64,000 bases of DNA from a virus. The notes beneath the pieces were generated by a model. The model did not search any database and was not told the DNA's origin. It saw nothing but the letters and a program-made list of their open reading frames with translations. The stretch lies in the IMG/VR virus record IMGVR_UViG_3300021430_000595; one strand, written 5' to 3'. Shown here piece after piece: positions 38,756 through 47,583 of the stretch. Numbering within the stretch: the stretch's first letter is position 1; every line of letters begins with the position of its first letter. A program made the translations under genes and the position numbers.

Positions 38756-39834
38756 GCTACTTCTTGGGTTTCTTTATCTTCTTCTTTTATTTTAGACAAT
38801 GCTTTATCGATTGCCTCAATACGTTTATTTCTAAATGAATCAAAAATGTTCAAAATGTTATTTTTAGTTACATCTGTGGTGTACGGTAATAATGTATCCT
38901 TCATTTTTTGTTTTACCTCATCATTAATTTCAATACCCTCCAACCAAGCTGAAACGTATGTTCCGATGATTTCAACAATTTTTGATTCATCGTATGTCCA
39001 CATTCCATTTTCAGATAACCAATCCGGTTCATTTTTTGGAATTTTACCAATAACAGGGATACCACATTTCATTGATTCTAACGGGAATGTTCCAAATGTT
39101 GAGTCATCATCAACCCATACAGATACCATACATTCTTTAAGACCTGTTGAGAAGTCACTATATGACATGTTAATCATATCTCTAAATGTAATCCATCTCA
39201 AATGAGGATATCGTATGTAGAATTCTGAAATAATCTTCTTACTGATTGACCTGTCTTTACAAGAGATTGCAATAATAGGTTTTTGGGTTTTTTCACTTGG
39301 AGTGAAATCATCACCCATAATTGGTGGGATGATGTGAACTAAACATTCACTGAATATTTCACTAATGTATTTTTTTGAATGTTCTGTTGTTGTGATAACT
39401 CGGTCGAAACCATAATCAGACCATCTACTACCAATAGGTAACGTTTCAAAGATATATTCTTTTTGTTGTACTAACATAACTTTAACACATCTAATGTTTG
39501 CTAAAGATTCCAATACGTTTGAATAGTATTCAGGTACAACAATTATATCCTCGATTTTAATCTCGACTCTGTCGTCTTTAATTGTAACAACATCCAATTC
39601 ATTGTACTTATCACCTAACCAACCGGAAACACCCGTATAGGTTTTATCTTCAACAAGTATTTTTACGTTGTTACCGTCTTCTTTTAGTGTCAATGCTAAA
39701 TCGTAAATATATTTAACAGACGCTCTTGGGTTATTTCTTGTGTCATATACTAAAAAATAAATGACATTTTTTTTGCTGTTTAAATTATCTAATGCTGTTG
39801 ATAATTTTTCGATGTTTTCTTTATTCTTGTTCAT
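38752..39834 (-). CDS. Glycosyltransferase (GT-B, GT4-like)
   Basis: IIVVPE; STFGTFPLESMKCGIPVIG. Confidence 0.8.
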   Translation of the reverse strand: MNKNKENIEKLSTALDNLNSKKNVIYFLVYDTRNNPRASVKYIYDLALTLKEDGNNVKILVEDKTYTGVSGWLGDKYNELDVVTIKDDRVEIKIEDIIVVPEYYSNVLESLANIRCVKVMLVQQKEYIFETLPIGSRWSDYGFDRVITTTEHSKKYISEIFSECLVHIIPPIMGDDFTPSEKTQKPIIAISCKDRSISKKIISEFYIRYPHLRWITFRDMINMSYSDFSTGLKECMVSVWVDDDSTFGTFPLESMKCGIPVIGKIPKNEPDWLSENGMWTYDESKIVEIIGTYVSAWLEGIEINDEVKQKMKDTLLPYTTDVTKNNILNIFDSFRNKRIEAIDKALSKIKEEDKETQEVA

Positions 39835-40108
39835 CTTCAGGTATTAATATTTCATATTTTATTAAGGTGTTGAATGCGATTTTAAATGAGATTGATAATC
39901 CGTTACTACCGAATTCTCCCAATTCTTCATCCGCTTCATCATATTCGTTTAAAACTCTTTCAATACAAGTTTTTATTACTTCATATTTGAAAATGTTTAT
40001 TTCTAATGTTGTTGTGCCATCATCATTTTCTATTTGATTGCCTGTTTGACACTTTTTACTAATCCCATCAATGTCGATGTAATAGTTTTTTCCGAGTACT
40101 TCAACCAT
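39821..40108 (-). CDS. Hypothetical protein
   Basis: 95 aa; overlaps the upstream gene by 79 nt. Confidence 0.55.
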   Translation of the reverse strand: MVEVLGKNYYIDIDGISKKCQTGNQIENDDGTTTLEINIFKYEVIKTCIERVLNEYDEADEELGEFGSNGLSISFKIAFNTLIKYEILIPEDEQE

Positions 40109-40683
40109 TTTTTGTCTATTTCAGATAATTTATTTATTTGTTGTTTATTTGTAAAGTGATTATTGTAAAACGTATTAAACTTTACAACTTTCTTTTTGGA
40201 TGGGCAATTACTCACAACGTGAATGTCATCGGTAATCCACATATCACATTTTTTCCATAAATCTTTTATTTTTTCAGGTGTTGAGAAGATGATGTTATCA
40301 CAAATAATACCATTCTTGGATAGAAAGAATAGAGTTGCTGGTTTTGCTTTACCTTTCTCACTTAAACCGACAAGAGTGAATTTAATATTTGGATTCTCAA
40401 AAACCATGGTGTTGAATTCCGTGGCTGCTTGATTATAACTTAACCCCGCATGTCCGTATATTTCTATGGGGAAGTCAAAATACAAAAACTTATTGAACTC
40501 ATCGGCAGACTGAAATCTGTATGTGCTCAATAAGTTTTCTATTGAAATTGGTGTACCGTTTATTCCGTAGTCGAAAGATTCTTCAGCATCCGGTTCAGTA
40601 TTCAGGTAATAATCCTTATAATGATAATCAAATTTTTGTATAGTGTTCCTTAAAACACCGTCTATACTTACAAATATTTCCAT
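40030..40683 (-). CDS. HAD/5'-nucleotidase-like protein with degenerate motif I
   Basis: IFVSIDGVLRN (SxD where DxD is expected); DMWITDD; FNT.YN. Confidence 0.65.
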   Translation of the reverse strand: MEIFVSIDGVLRNTIQKFDYHYKDYYLNTEPDAEESFDYGINGTPISIENLLSTYRFQSADEFNKFLYFDFPIEIYGHAGLSYNQAATEFNTMVFENPNIKFTLVGLSEKGKAKPATLFFLSKNGIICDNIIFSTPEKIKDLWKKCDMWITDDIHVVSNCPSKKKVVKFNTFYNNHFTNKQQINKLSEIDKKWLKYSEKTITSTLMGLVKSVKQAIK

Positions 40684-40720
40684 GAAGGAAATATAACATA
40701 CAAAAAATTATAAGTAAAGG

Positions 40721-41437
40721 TTAATCGTACCTTTTCAGAATTTGCGTGATAATCGGGTTTCTAACAATATCTTCATTTCCGAATTCGAAAACACCAACAT
40801 TTTTTAAATCACCTAATCTTACTTTTGCATCATATAAACCCGTTTTGGTTTTGTCCTTAAATTTATCAGATTGTTCTAAGTCACCCGATATGAAAAATTT
40901 AGAATTAAAACCAATCCTAGTTAATAGGAGTTTCATTTGAGATGGTGTTGTATTCTGTGCTTCTTCAAAAACAAGAATTGTATTATCTACATTCCAACCT
41001 CTCATGTAAGCCAATGCAGCAATTTCGATGAACCCTTCGTCTTTTAATTTTTCTCTAGCTTCCTTACCAATTATTTTGTTTAACAAATAGTAAGATGGGT
41101 AAATGTAAGGGTCGAGTTTTTCTTCTAATCCACCCGGTAATGAACCTAACTTTTCTTCTGCTTCAACTGCTGGTCTAACTATGATAATTTTTTCATACTT
41201 GTTGGTGTCATCCCACAATAATTCGATTGCTTTTTTCATGGCAATATAGGATTTACCAACACCTGCAGGTCCGAAACATAATGTTATTTCATTTTCACCA
41301 AGTGTTTTCCAATACTGTTCTTGGTTCTTAGTTAGGAACTTCTCTTTAGGTTGTTTGATTAGTTCTCTAATTCTCTGTTTTTTATTAACCTTTTTTTCCT
41401 CAACAGAGTTTGTTGTTTTTGATGTTGCTCTTCTCAA
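40721..41437 (-). CDS. phoH: PhoH-family ATPase
   Basis: GPAGVGKS, RPAVEAEEKLGSLPG, LAYMRG, EEAQN, LTRIG, GDLEQSD, DIVRNP. Confidence 0.95.
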   Translation of the reverse strand: MRRATSKTTNSVEEKKVNKKQRIRELIKQPKEKFLTKNQEQYWKTLGENEITLCFGPAGVGKSYIAMKKAIELLWDDTNKYEKIIIVRPAVEAEEKLGSLPGGLEEKLDPYIYPSYYLLNKIIGKEAREKLKDEGFIEIAALAYMRGWNVDNTILVFEEAQNTTPSQMKLLLTRIGFNSKFFISGDLEQSDKFKDKTKTGLYDAKVRLGDLKNVGVFEFGNEDIVRNPIITQILKRYD

Positions 41438-41464
41438 TTTTTTATTGTATTATAATAATAATTA

Positions 41465-42070
41465 TTATGAACCTGTAGAACCAAATCCACCTTGACCTCT
41501 TTCGGTATCACTTAATTCATCCGTTTCAACGAATGTAACTTGAGGATATGGTACTATCATGATTTGAGCAATACGGTCACCGACCTTATAATCTGTTTGG
41601 TCAATCCTAACATCATTAGGTCCATAAACCTTTTTAAAGGTCGCTTGTATTTCACCTCTATACCCACTATCAATAACACCAACAGAGTTTGTTAAACTTA
41701 AATCTGTTTTTCTTATTGAAGAACGAGGGAAAATTAACCCGACATATCCTTTGGGAATTTCCATTGCGATGTCTGTCCCATATGTTACATGAAAACTTGT
41801 GTTTTCAATAATTTTTGTTGCAACTAAGTCCATGCCTGCATCACCATCTTTTGCATATTTTGGAATAACCGCATTAGGTGATAATTTTTTAACTTTCACC
41901 TCGAACTTATTGACATTGTGTTCAACTTGGTTTTTAATGTTATTACCAAGTGTGTTTAATAACTTATTTAAGTCACCCATAATTGAAGACTCGTCACCAT
42001 CTTCACTTAGAATTTCTTTTTCTAAATCTTGGAGTTTCTTAATGTAGGATTCAATTTCTTTTTTGTCCAT
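41465..42070 (-). CDS. dut: Trimeric dUTPase with N-terminal extension
   Basis: GDAGMDL, PRSSI, GVIDSGYRGEI, RIAQ, RGQGGFGSTG. Confidence 0.95.
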   Translation of the reverse strand: MDKKEIESYIKKLQDLEKEILSEDGDESSIMGDLNKLLNTLGNNIKNQVEHNVNKFEVKVKKLSPNAVIPKYAKDGDAGMDLVATKIIENTSFHVTYGTDIAMEIPKGYVGLIFPRSSIRKTDLSLTNSVGVIDSGYRGEIQATFKKVYGPNDVRIDQTDYKVGDRIAQIMIVPYPQVTFVETDELSDTERGQGGFGSTGS

Positions 42071-42623
42071 TTTTTTCTTCTATTATAGATAATTCAAAAC
42101 CCATTCTAACAACGTTTGATAAGTTACTTGAACGGTATTTCGCCATTTTATCATCAGATTCTTTATCTGAATTTAGTAATGATTGAAACTCTTCTTCAGT
42201 TAGGTTAACACCGTATTTGGTTGCATAATGAACTGACCTTTCACCGGCTTTCATTGAAACCTCGTGTTCGGTAAAATCATACATTTTACCCAACGTCTTT
42301 TTCTGCCATTCATTATCGTTTAACTTAAACATGAATGTTTTACCTATTTGAGATAAGAACACACATTTTAAAATCGACGATGTTTGACTTCTCATACTTT
42401 CAGGTAATAAATCATTTATTTTAACAGCGTATTTTGCTGCTTTAAAACAATGACTTAACAAACCACCCGGATAACAACCATACATATCTAATGATGTGGA
42501 TGCTGGAGCAATAAAGAAGTCTTCACCTAAGAAATCTTCTAATTCCTTAGTGAAGATATTGTATTTAGAGTTTGTGTCTAAAAACTTTTTTTTGTTTGAT
42601 TGAATTTGTTCAGCGGTTAACAT
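42051..42623 (-). CDS. HD-domain-like protein with degenerate metal ligands
   Basis: APAS....GCYPGGLLSH; LSQIGK where LHDxGK is expected. Confidence 0.6.
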   Translation of the reverse strand: MLTAEQIQSNKKKFLDTNSKYNIFTKELEDFLGEDFFIAPASTSLDMYGCYPGGLLSHCFKAAKYAVKINDLLPESMRSQTSSILKCVFLSQIGKTFMFKLNDNEWQKKTLGKMYDFTEHEVSMKAGERSVHYATKYGVNLTEEEFQSLLNSDKESDDKMAKYRSSNLSNVVRMGFELSIIEEKNGQKRN

Positions 42624-42626
42624 AGG

Positions 42627-42860
42627 TTACTTTTTGTAGTACTCAGGAGTGTTGTTTTGGTCGATGATACATTCAATTGGCATCTTTACGATTGACAAAC
42701 TTTCAGAAGAACGCATGTCACCCGCACGATATTTTGATGCAATTATGGTTGCTTCTTCAACTGATTGTGCTTCGACAATGTACTTCAATTTTTGTAATCT
42801 AGGATTACCGTTTCTGTCCACGTTTTCGGTTTCATAACCGATTGTTACTAAGTAGTGCAT
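42627..42860 (-). CDS. Small protein resembling Bacteroidota DUF4494
   Basis: Y.V.IGYE...NG....K.KYIVEAQSVEEA. Confidence 0.5.
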   Translation of the reverse strand: MHYLVTIGYETENVDRNGNPRLQKLKYIVEAQSVEEATIIASKYRAGDMRSSESLSIVKMPIECIIDQNNTPEYYKK

Positions 42861-42882
42861 AATTTTTGATTTTTTTTTGTTT

Positions 42883-44106
42883 TTAAATTATTGATTTGAA
42901 AAATTCTGTTCTGTCTTTTGAGACTGTTACTAATGAGTATTTGTCTTTTACTGTATTGTATAGACGGTTACCTAAATCCTCAATCATATTCGGATTTTCA
43001 ATTAACAGTTTCATGTATTTTGTCCACTGTTTGTGATTTTTATTCTGTGGTACTAATAGTGCATTACCATCATCCATTAACTTACCATCCCTATACGCGT
43101 TTTTCAAGTCAATCGTATATGGCATACTTTCACTTGCAATAATAGGTTTTTTATGGAAACCCGCCTCAATAATTTTTAATTGGGATTTGTTGGCGTTAAA
43201 TTCGGAAGGTAGAATTGGTGCTAATGAAATATCGAATAGGTTGTAATTTGTTCCATATCTTCCGATTGGTTGTGTCCAAACTCTTTCGTACTTTTTATCA
43301 CTTGTATCAATTTTAGGATTTTCCATAAAATTCATTAAGTGTGCTTTATAATCATTATCAACTGATTTATAGTTGTCGGTGAAAATTTGTTCATATTTGA
43401 ACCAAACAGTTTCTTTTGGTTGAATGGGTCTCATTTTTCTCTCACCAGTTTGTGCATTTACCTCAGTAACAGTACCTCTTAAATCAAACCCACATAAAAC
43501 AAATTTAACGTTGTCATATTGATTTGTTATCATGGAAATACCACCTCTAAGTAACTCTAAATCATGTAAGTGAGTAGAACCACCTAACCAACCAAAACGA
43601 ATTTTGTCTGATTTTGTTGGTGACGGATTAAATTGGGTTTCTTTAGGGTCAATCGCATTTGGAAATACGTGTACATTTTTAATACCCAATCTTGTTTTTA
43701 TAGTGTTTGCAAAAAATTCGGTTGTACATGTAACATGGTCAGCCAATCTCATCATTTCTACCTTTTTCTTAGGTAACTCATTTTGTCTGATTTGATGATA
43801 CATAGGATGTTTTTGGTCGGGTGACCAAAAATCGTCAATGTCCATTACAACCTTAATTCCTTGGGATTTTAAGAAGTTGATTCTCTTAATATTGTCTTCG
43901 TGACTTGTTTGATGGATAAAACTATGAAAGACAACGATATCGTAGTTTTTAAAGAAATTATCATCATTTTCCGCATTAAGCGTAATATCCACATGAAATT
44001 CTCCTGAATAGTTATCCCCTATGTATTTGAAGGGGTCTAGGATTCTGTATTTACCTACACCGTGAGAATCCGGCGGTATTGCTAATATTCTAATTTTTGA
44101 CATCAA
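42883..44106 (-). CDS. Glycosyltransferase (GT-B, GT4-like)
   Basis: GVGKYRI..P; MDIDDFW; FPNAID; GWLGGSTH..DL; DISLAP...FN..KSQLKIIEAG. Confidence 0.88.
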   Translation of the reverse strand: MMSKIRILAIPPDSHGVGKYRILDPFKYIGDNYSGEFHVDITLNAENDDNFFKNYDIVVFHSFIHQTSHEDNIKRINFLKSQGIKVVMDIDDFWSPDQKHPMYHQIRQNELPKKKVEMMRLADHVTCTTEFFANTIKTRLGIKNVHVFPNAIDPKETQFNPSPTKSDKIRFGWLGGSTHLHDLELLRGGISMITNQYDNVKFVLCGFDLRGTVTEVNAQTGERKMRPIQPKETVWFKYEQIFTDNYKSVDNDYKAHLMNFMENPKIDTSDKKYERVWTQPIGRYGTNYNLFDISLAPILPSEFNANKSQLKIIEAGFHKKPIIASESMPYTIDLKNAYRDGKLMDDGNALLVPQNKNHKQWTKYMKLLIENPNMIEDLGNRLYNTVKDKYSLVTVSKDRTEFFKSII

Positions 44107-44153
44107 TTAATTCTCTTTTCCAAATAATAAGAAAAAAAATTGAAAAATCAAAC

Positions 44154-44738
44154 TTACTTTGCTTTATTTACTCCGGTAATTTTTCCTTTGAATACAGAAT
44201 CACCAACTTTCAATACCAAATTTTCGTGAATTGACATCGTTTGCTGTGCGGTTAATATCTGATTTAGCTTGGTATCCAATATCTCCATAACCGTCTTTCT
44301 AACGATATTTTCAATAACAGGAGTAAGTTGTTTAACTAAATCTGAAGAGTTGGTTTGAGGTACTGATGATTGGGTATTACTTTTACTTACCTGACTTTTT
44401 TTGGTTGATACACCTTCAGATTCCATTAGTCTTTTAGTTTTTTCAACAAAATTTATATCTAATGAATCACTTAAACTAATTTGAGGTATAGGGTTTTCAA
44501 TCATCGCTCTTTTAATTGCTTCAGGTAATTTAGATTCCTGTATTCTTTGTACATTAGTTACTTGTTGTTTAGGTAATGATGTTTGTGGTATTTCTTCGGG
44601 ACTCACTCTTAATATTTCTTCATTAACCGAACCTTTTTCAAAATCACCGGTTTCAACTTTGTTCATAACTTTTTTTGCTTGTACTAATCTCTGCATCAAA
44701 TCGTTTTGAGATAATACACCTTGTCCTGTTTTTTCCAT
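44154..44738 (-). CDS. Hypothetical protein
   Basis: 194 aa; SKLPEAIKRAMIENPI. Confidence 0.6.
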   Translation of the reverse strand: MEKTGQGVLSQNDLMQRLVQAKKVMNKVETGDFEKGSVNEEILRVSPEEIPQTSLPKQQVTNVQRIQESKLPEAIKRAMIENPIPQISLSDSLDINFVEKTKRLMESEGVSTKKSQVSKSNTQSSVPQTNSSDLVKQLTPVIENIVRKTVMEILDTKLNQILTAQQTMSIHENLVLKVGDSVFKGKITGVNKAK

Positions 44739-44765
44739 AATACTTTTTTTATATAATAACTATTT

Positions 44766-45620
44766 TTAAAAGAATATTAAAGTTTTCATTCTTTTTATTT
44801 CTTCCTGTAAATTTAGATTAGGTTCAACCTCTTCCGGTTTGACTACCTGAACATTGTCTTGTTTCAGTAATTTGTATAGGTCGGTTTCCGAATCTTTTTC
44901 AAGTCTTCTTCTCGTACCTTCACCCGGTGTTAAGTTACCACCAATTTCTTTTTGTGAATTTTTCCAATCGTCCAATTTTCTTTTGTATAAATCGTCGATA
45001 GCTAGTTTTAATTCATCAGGAGTTATTTGTTTTTGGTTATTAATCACTTTTATTTTACTCTTTAAGTCATCATAGACCTCGACATCCCTTTTAATTTCAG
45101 GTGACGGAGTTATAGGTGGTTTTTCTTTTGGTTTTGGTTGTGGTAGTTCCTCTTTCTTTTTTGGTTCAGGTTTAGTCGGTTGTGGTGCCGGTTTTTCTGT
45201 TTTAGGTTGTTTTGATGTGTCCCAATCCGAAGTGACATAGGTTACTGTGAAACTTGAATCATCACCTTCTTTATATTGTGGTCTTTTACTGTCAAACTGT
45301 TCATCTTCATACATTGTTATCGAACCCGGCGAAATTCTACTAATTAAAAATGTCCTCCAACCGTGTTCCGTAAAACCCTTTTTTGATACCGATGGTGGTT
45401 GTACCCAACCCCTAATCGCAAGATTACCCTTTTTCGTTAATCCCGATGCAACCGCTTCGACTTTTATTCTTCTACCTGATTGTACTTCACCTGAAGGTCC
45501 TCTATAATAAAAAGATACTGGTATCCTATTTTTAATGGCATACTCAAGTTTTGCTCTGATTGTAGTTTTCGGAGCATCTTCATTGATTAAGTTATCCAAT
45601 ATGTTATTGAAGTTTACCAT
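44766..45620 (-). CDS. WYL-domain protein with Pro/Lys linker and no HTH
   Basis: AIKNR..VSFYY...R.KVEA...G....GN..IRGW...GWRTF.ISRI. Confidence 0.7.
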   Translation of the reverse strand: MVNFNNILDNLINEDAPKTTIRAKLEYAIKNRIPVSFYYRGPSGEVQSGRRIKVEAVASGLTKKGNLAIRGWVQPPSVSKKGFTEHGWRTFLISRISPGSITMYEDEQFDSKRPQYKEGDDSSFTVTYVTSDWDTSKQPKTEKPAPQPTKPEPKKKEELPQPKPKEKPPITPSPEIKRDVEVYDDLKSKIKVINNQKQITPDELKLAIDDLYKRKLDDWKNSQKEIGGNLTPGEGTRRRLEKDSETDLYKLLKQDNVQVVKPEEVEPNLNLQEEIKRMKTLIFF

Positions 45621-46279
45621 TAAAAATCAGGATATGTCTTTGAACTTCCGTATTTATTTTTTGCTTGTAATGTAACTCTTTCGTTTACGTCGGTTTTAGT
45701 ACCAACATTACCTGAATTTTCACCTCTACCTTTCTCATCACCATCAGATATTGCGTTCGGGTTTACCGAAGAATATTCAAAAGCCCCATTATATGTGTTT
45801 TTTGCTAACAAAGTTTTTCTTTCATTAATATCAGTTTTAGTACCAATATTACCCGAATTCTCCCCTCTTCCTCTTTCATCGCCGTCAGATAATGCGTTTG
45901 GATTTCCTGATGAATATTCAAATGAATTATTATATGTGTTTTTTGCTAACAAAGTTTTTCTTTCATTAATGTCGGTTTTTGAACCGATACTACCTGAGAG
46001 TTCACCCTTACCTTTATCATCACCATCAGATAATGCATTTGAGTTTCCTGATGAATATTGATTTGTTGGTCCGTATATGTTTCTTGCTTGTAATGTGGTT
46101 CTTTCCGCGATATCAGTTTTTGAACCAATACTACCCGAAAGTTCACCTTTACCTCTTTCATCACCGTCAGATAATGCTCCCGTGTTTACTGAACTGTATA
46201 GGTCACCATAGTTATATTCATTTCTTGCGAGTAGAATGTTTCTTTCTCTGTCTGCTATTATTTCTAATTGTGTTGGCAT
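45620..46279 (-). CDS. Protein built from about 4.5 copies of a 47-aa repeat
   Basis: ALSDGDxxG(K/R)GExSGxIGxKTDxxERxTLxAxNxY unit with a 141-bp period. Confidence 0.85.
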   Translation of the reverse strand: MPTQLEIIADRERNILLARNEYNYGDLYSSVNTGALSDGDERGKGELSGSIGSKTDIAERTTLQARNIYGPTNQYSSGNSNALSDGDDKGKGELSGSIGSKTDINERKTLLAKNTYNNSFEYSSGNPNALSDGDERGRGENSGNIGTKTDINERKTLLAKNTYNGAFEYSSVNPNAISDGDEKGRGENSGNVGTKTDVNERVTLQAKNKYGSSKTYPDF

Positions 46280-46280
46280 A

Positions 46281-46778
46281 TTAGTAACTAATTAATTTTT
46301 TTATTTTATCCATTTCCTCAAATAACTTTAAGGATGTTAATGGTGATATACTTGTTTTATGTGAGTTACTCTTAACGAGATTTGTTGGGACTTTAAAACT
46401 GAATCTTTTTTTATGTGATTTTAGATAACTATTTTTTCTTTCACCGGTCATTCCAATCATTTCATCACTGTTCTTTTTTGATTCTTTTCTTCCCTTAATC
46501 AAATCTCTTTCTCCTTGAAGGTATTGATTAGCCCATTTTTCCATTAAATCACCACCACACAAATCATACTTAACTCTATCTTTTGTTTTATCCATGTTTT
46601 GAATGTCGTGGATAATTCTTTTAAGTTGACCGTATTTCACTTTTTTATCGACTAATAATTTCTTAGCTCTTTGAATACCTCGCACATTCTCACCATTTAA
46701 ACCACTTACTGTATGGTTTATTTTGTCTAAAATGTTTTGTGGAATATCAAAAATCCTACCTTTTAAGTCTTTATTCAT
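46281..46778 (-). CDS. Hypothetical basic protein
   Basis: 165 aa; ends LFEEMDKIKKLISY. Confidence 0.6.
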   Translation of the reverse strand: MNKDLKGRIFDIPQNILDKINHTVSGLNGENVRGIQRAKKLLVDKKVKYGQLKRIIHDIQNMDKTKDRVKYDLCGGDLMEKWANQYLQGERDLIKGRKESKKNSDEMIGMTGERKNSYLKSHKKRFSFKVPTNLVKSNSHKTSISPLTSLKLFEEMDKIKKLISY

Positions 46779-47526
46779 CTTCTTTAGAGTCTTTTAGGTC
46801 ACCTATAACATCGTTAATTGAAAGATTATTCTTTTTTAACGTATTTTTTAATGCTTCAATTTGTTTTTTAATTATTGGATTTAATTCTGCTTTTACATCT
46901 TCAGTTTGGTCTTTTTTTACCAAATCGTCAGATGATGTTCTTTTTTTTAAAACACTTTCAACGTAGTCACTTACGTATTTTTTGGGGTTTTCAATTAGTC
47001 TAACTTTATCACCACTTAAATCTTCATCATAACCATATGATGATAATCTTTCTTCTGTTTCATCATCACCCATACCCAAATCGTCCATAAAATAATCCTC
47101 AGCATCTTCCATGTCTTTGTCTTGACCCATGGTCTTCTCAAAACCAAGTGCTTTACTCATATCTGCCTCTGCCCAATATTTTAAAGTCGTGTGTGTACCA
47201 TGGACACCATGTGTACCCATTTGTCCCGCTCCGGTTTTAATAACTTGGTCGGTCGTTGCTTTGGATGCTCCACCACTATCCTTTGTTTGTGGTATTTTTT
47301 TTACTGTAATGTTACCTTTTTCATCAACAATCTCATCAACTTCAGTTTCTACCGCATCCGGTATTTTTTCAAAATCAGTATCTGCGGAAAATTCTTTAGC
47401 CCACTTTGACCATTTTTTTCTTTCTTTTTTAGGTAAAGATTTGTCAGAAGCCTTAGCGTAGAAGTATCTCTGTTGTTTTTTAGACGCAAAAGTTTCTTCA
47501 ATAATATGTTTAATGTAATTATCCAT
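46771..47526 (-). CDS. Hypothetical protein
   Basis: Starts IKHIIEETFASKKQQRYF; TATTTAT at 47545-47551. Confidence 0.6.
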   Translation of the reverse strand: MDNYIKHIIEETFASKKQQRYFYAKASDKSLPKKERKKWSKWAKEFSADTDFEKIPDAVETEVDEIVDEKGNITVKKIPQTKDSGGASKATTDQVIKTGAGQMGTHGVHGTHTTLKYWAEADMSKALGFEKTMGQDKDMEDAEDYFMDDLGMGDDETEERLSSYGYDEDLSGDKVRLIENPKKYVSDYVESVLKKRTSSDDLVKKDQTEDVKAELNPIIKKQIEALKNTLKKNNLSINDVIGDLKDSKEDE

Positions 47527-47544
47527 GTAATTATCTTTTTAAAT

Positions 47545-47575
47545 ATAAATATCAAAAGAAAGGAAAGATATTTAT
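47545..47575. promoter_or_regulatory. Back-to-back divergent TATTTAT late-promoter motifs
   Basis: ATAAATA at 47545-47551 and TATTTAT at 47569-47575, each facing its own operon. Confidence 0.65.
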
Positions 47576-47583
47576 AGAATAAC

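Noticed and set aside
45620-46279. DGR template/variable repeat or CRISPR-like repeat
   Set aside because: The repeats are in-frame coding units with no evident adenine-specific variation, and there is no reverse transcriptase in the window
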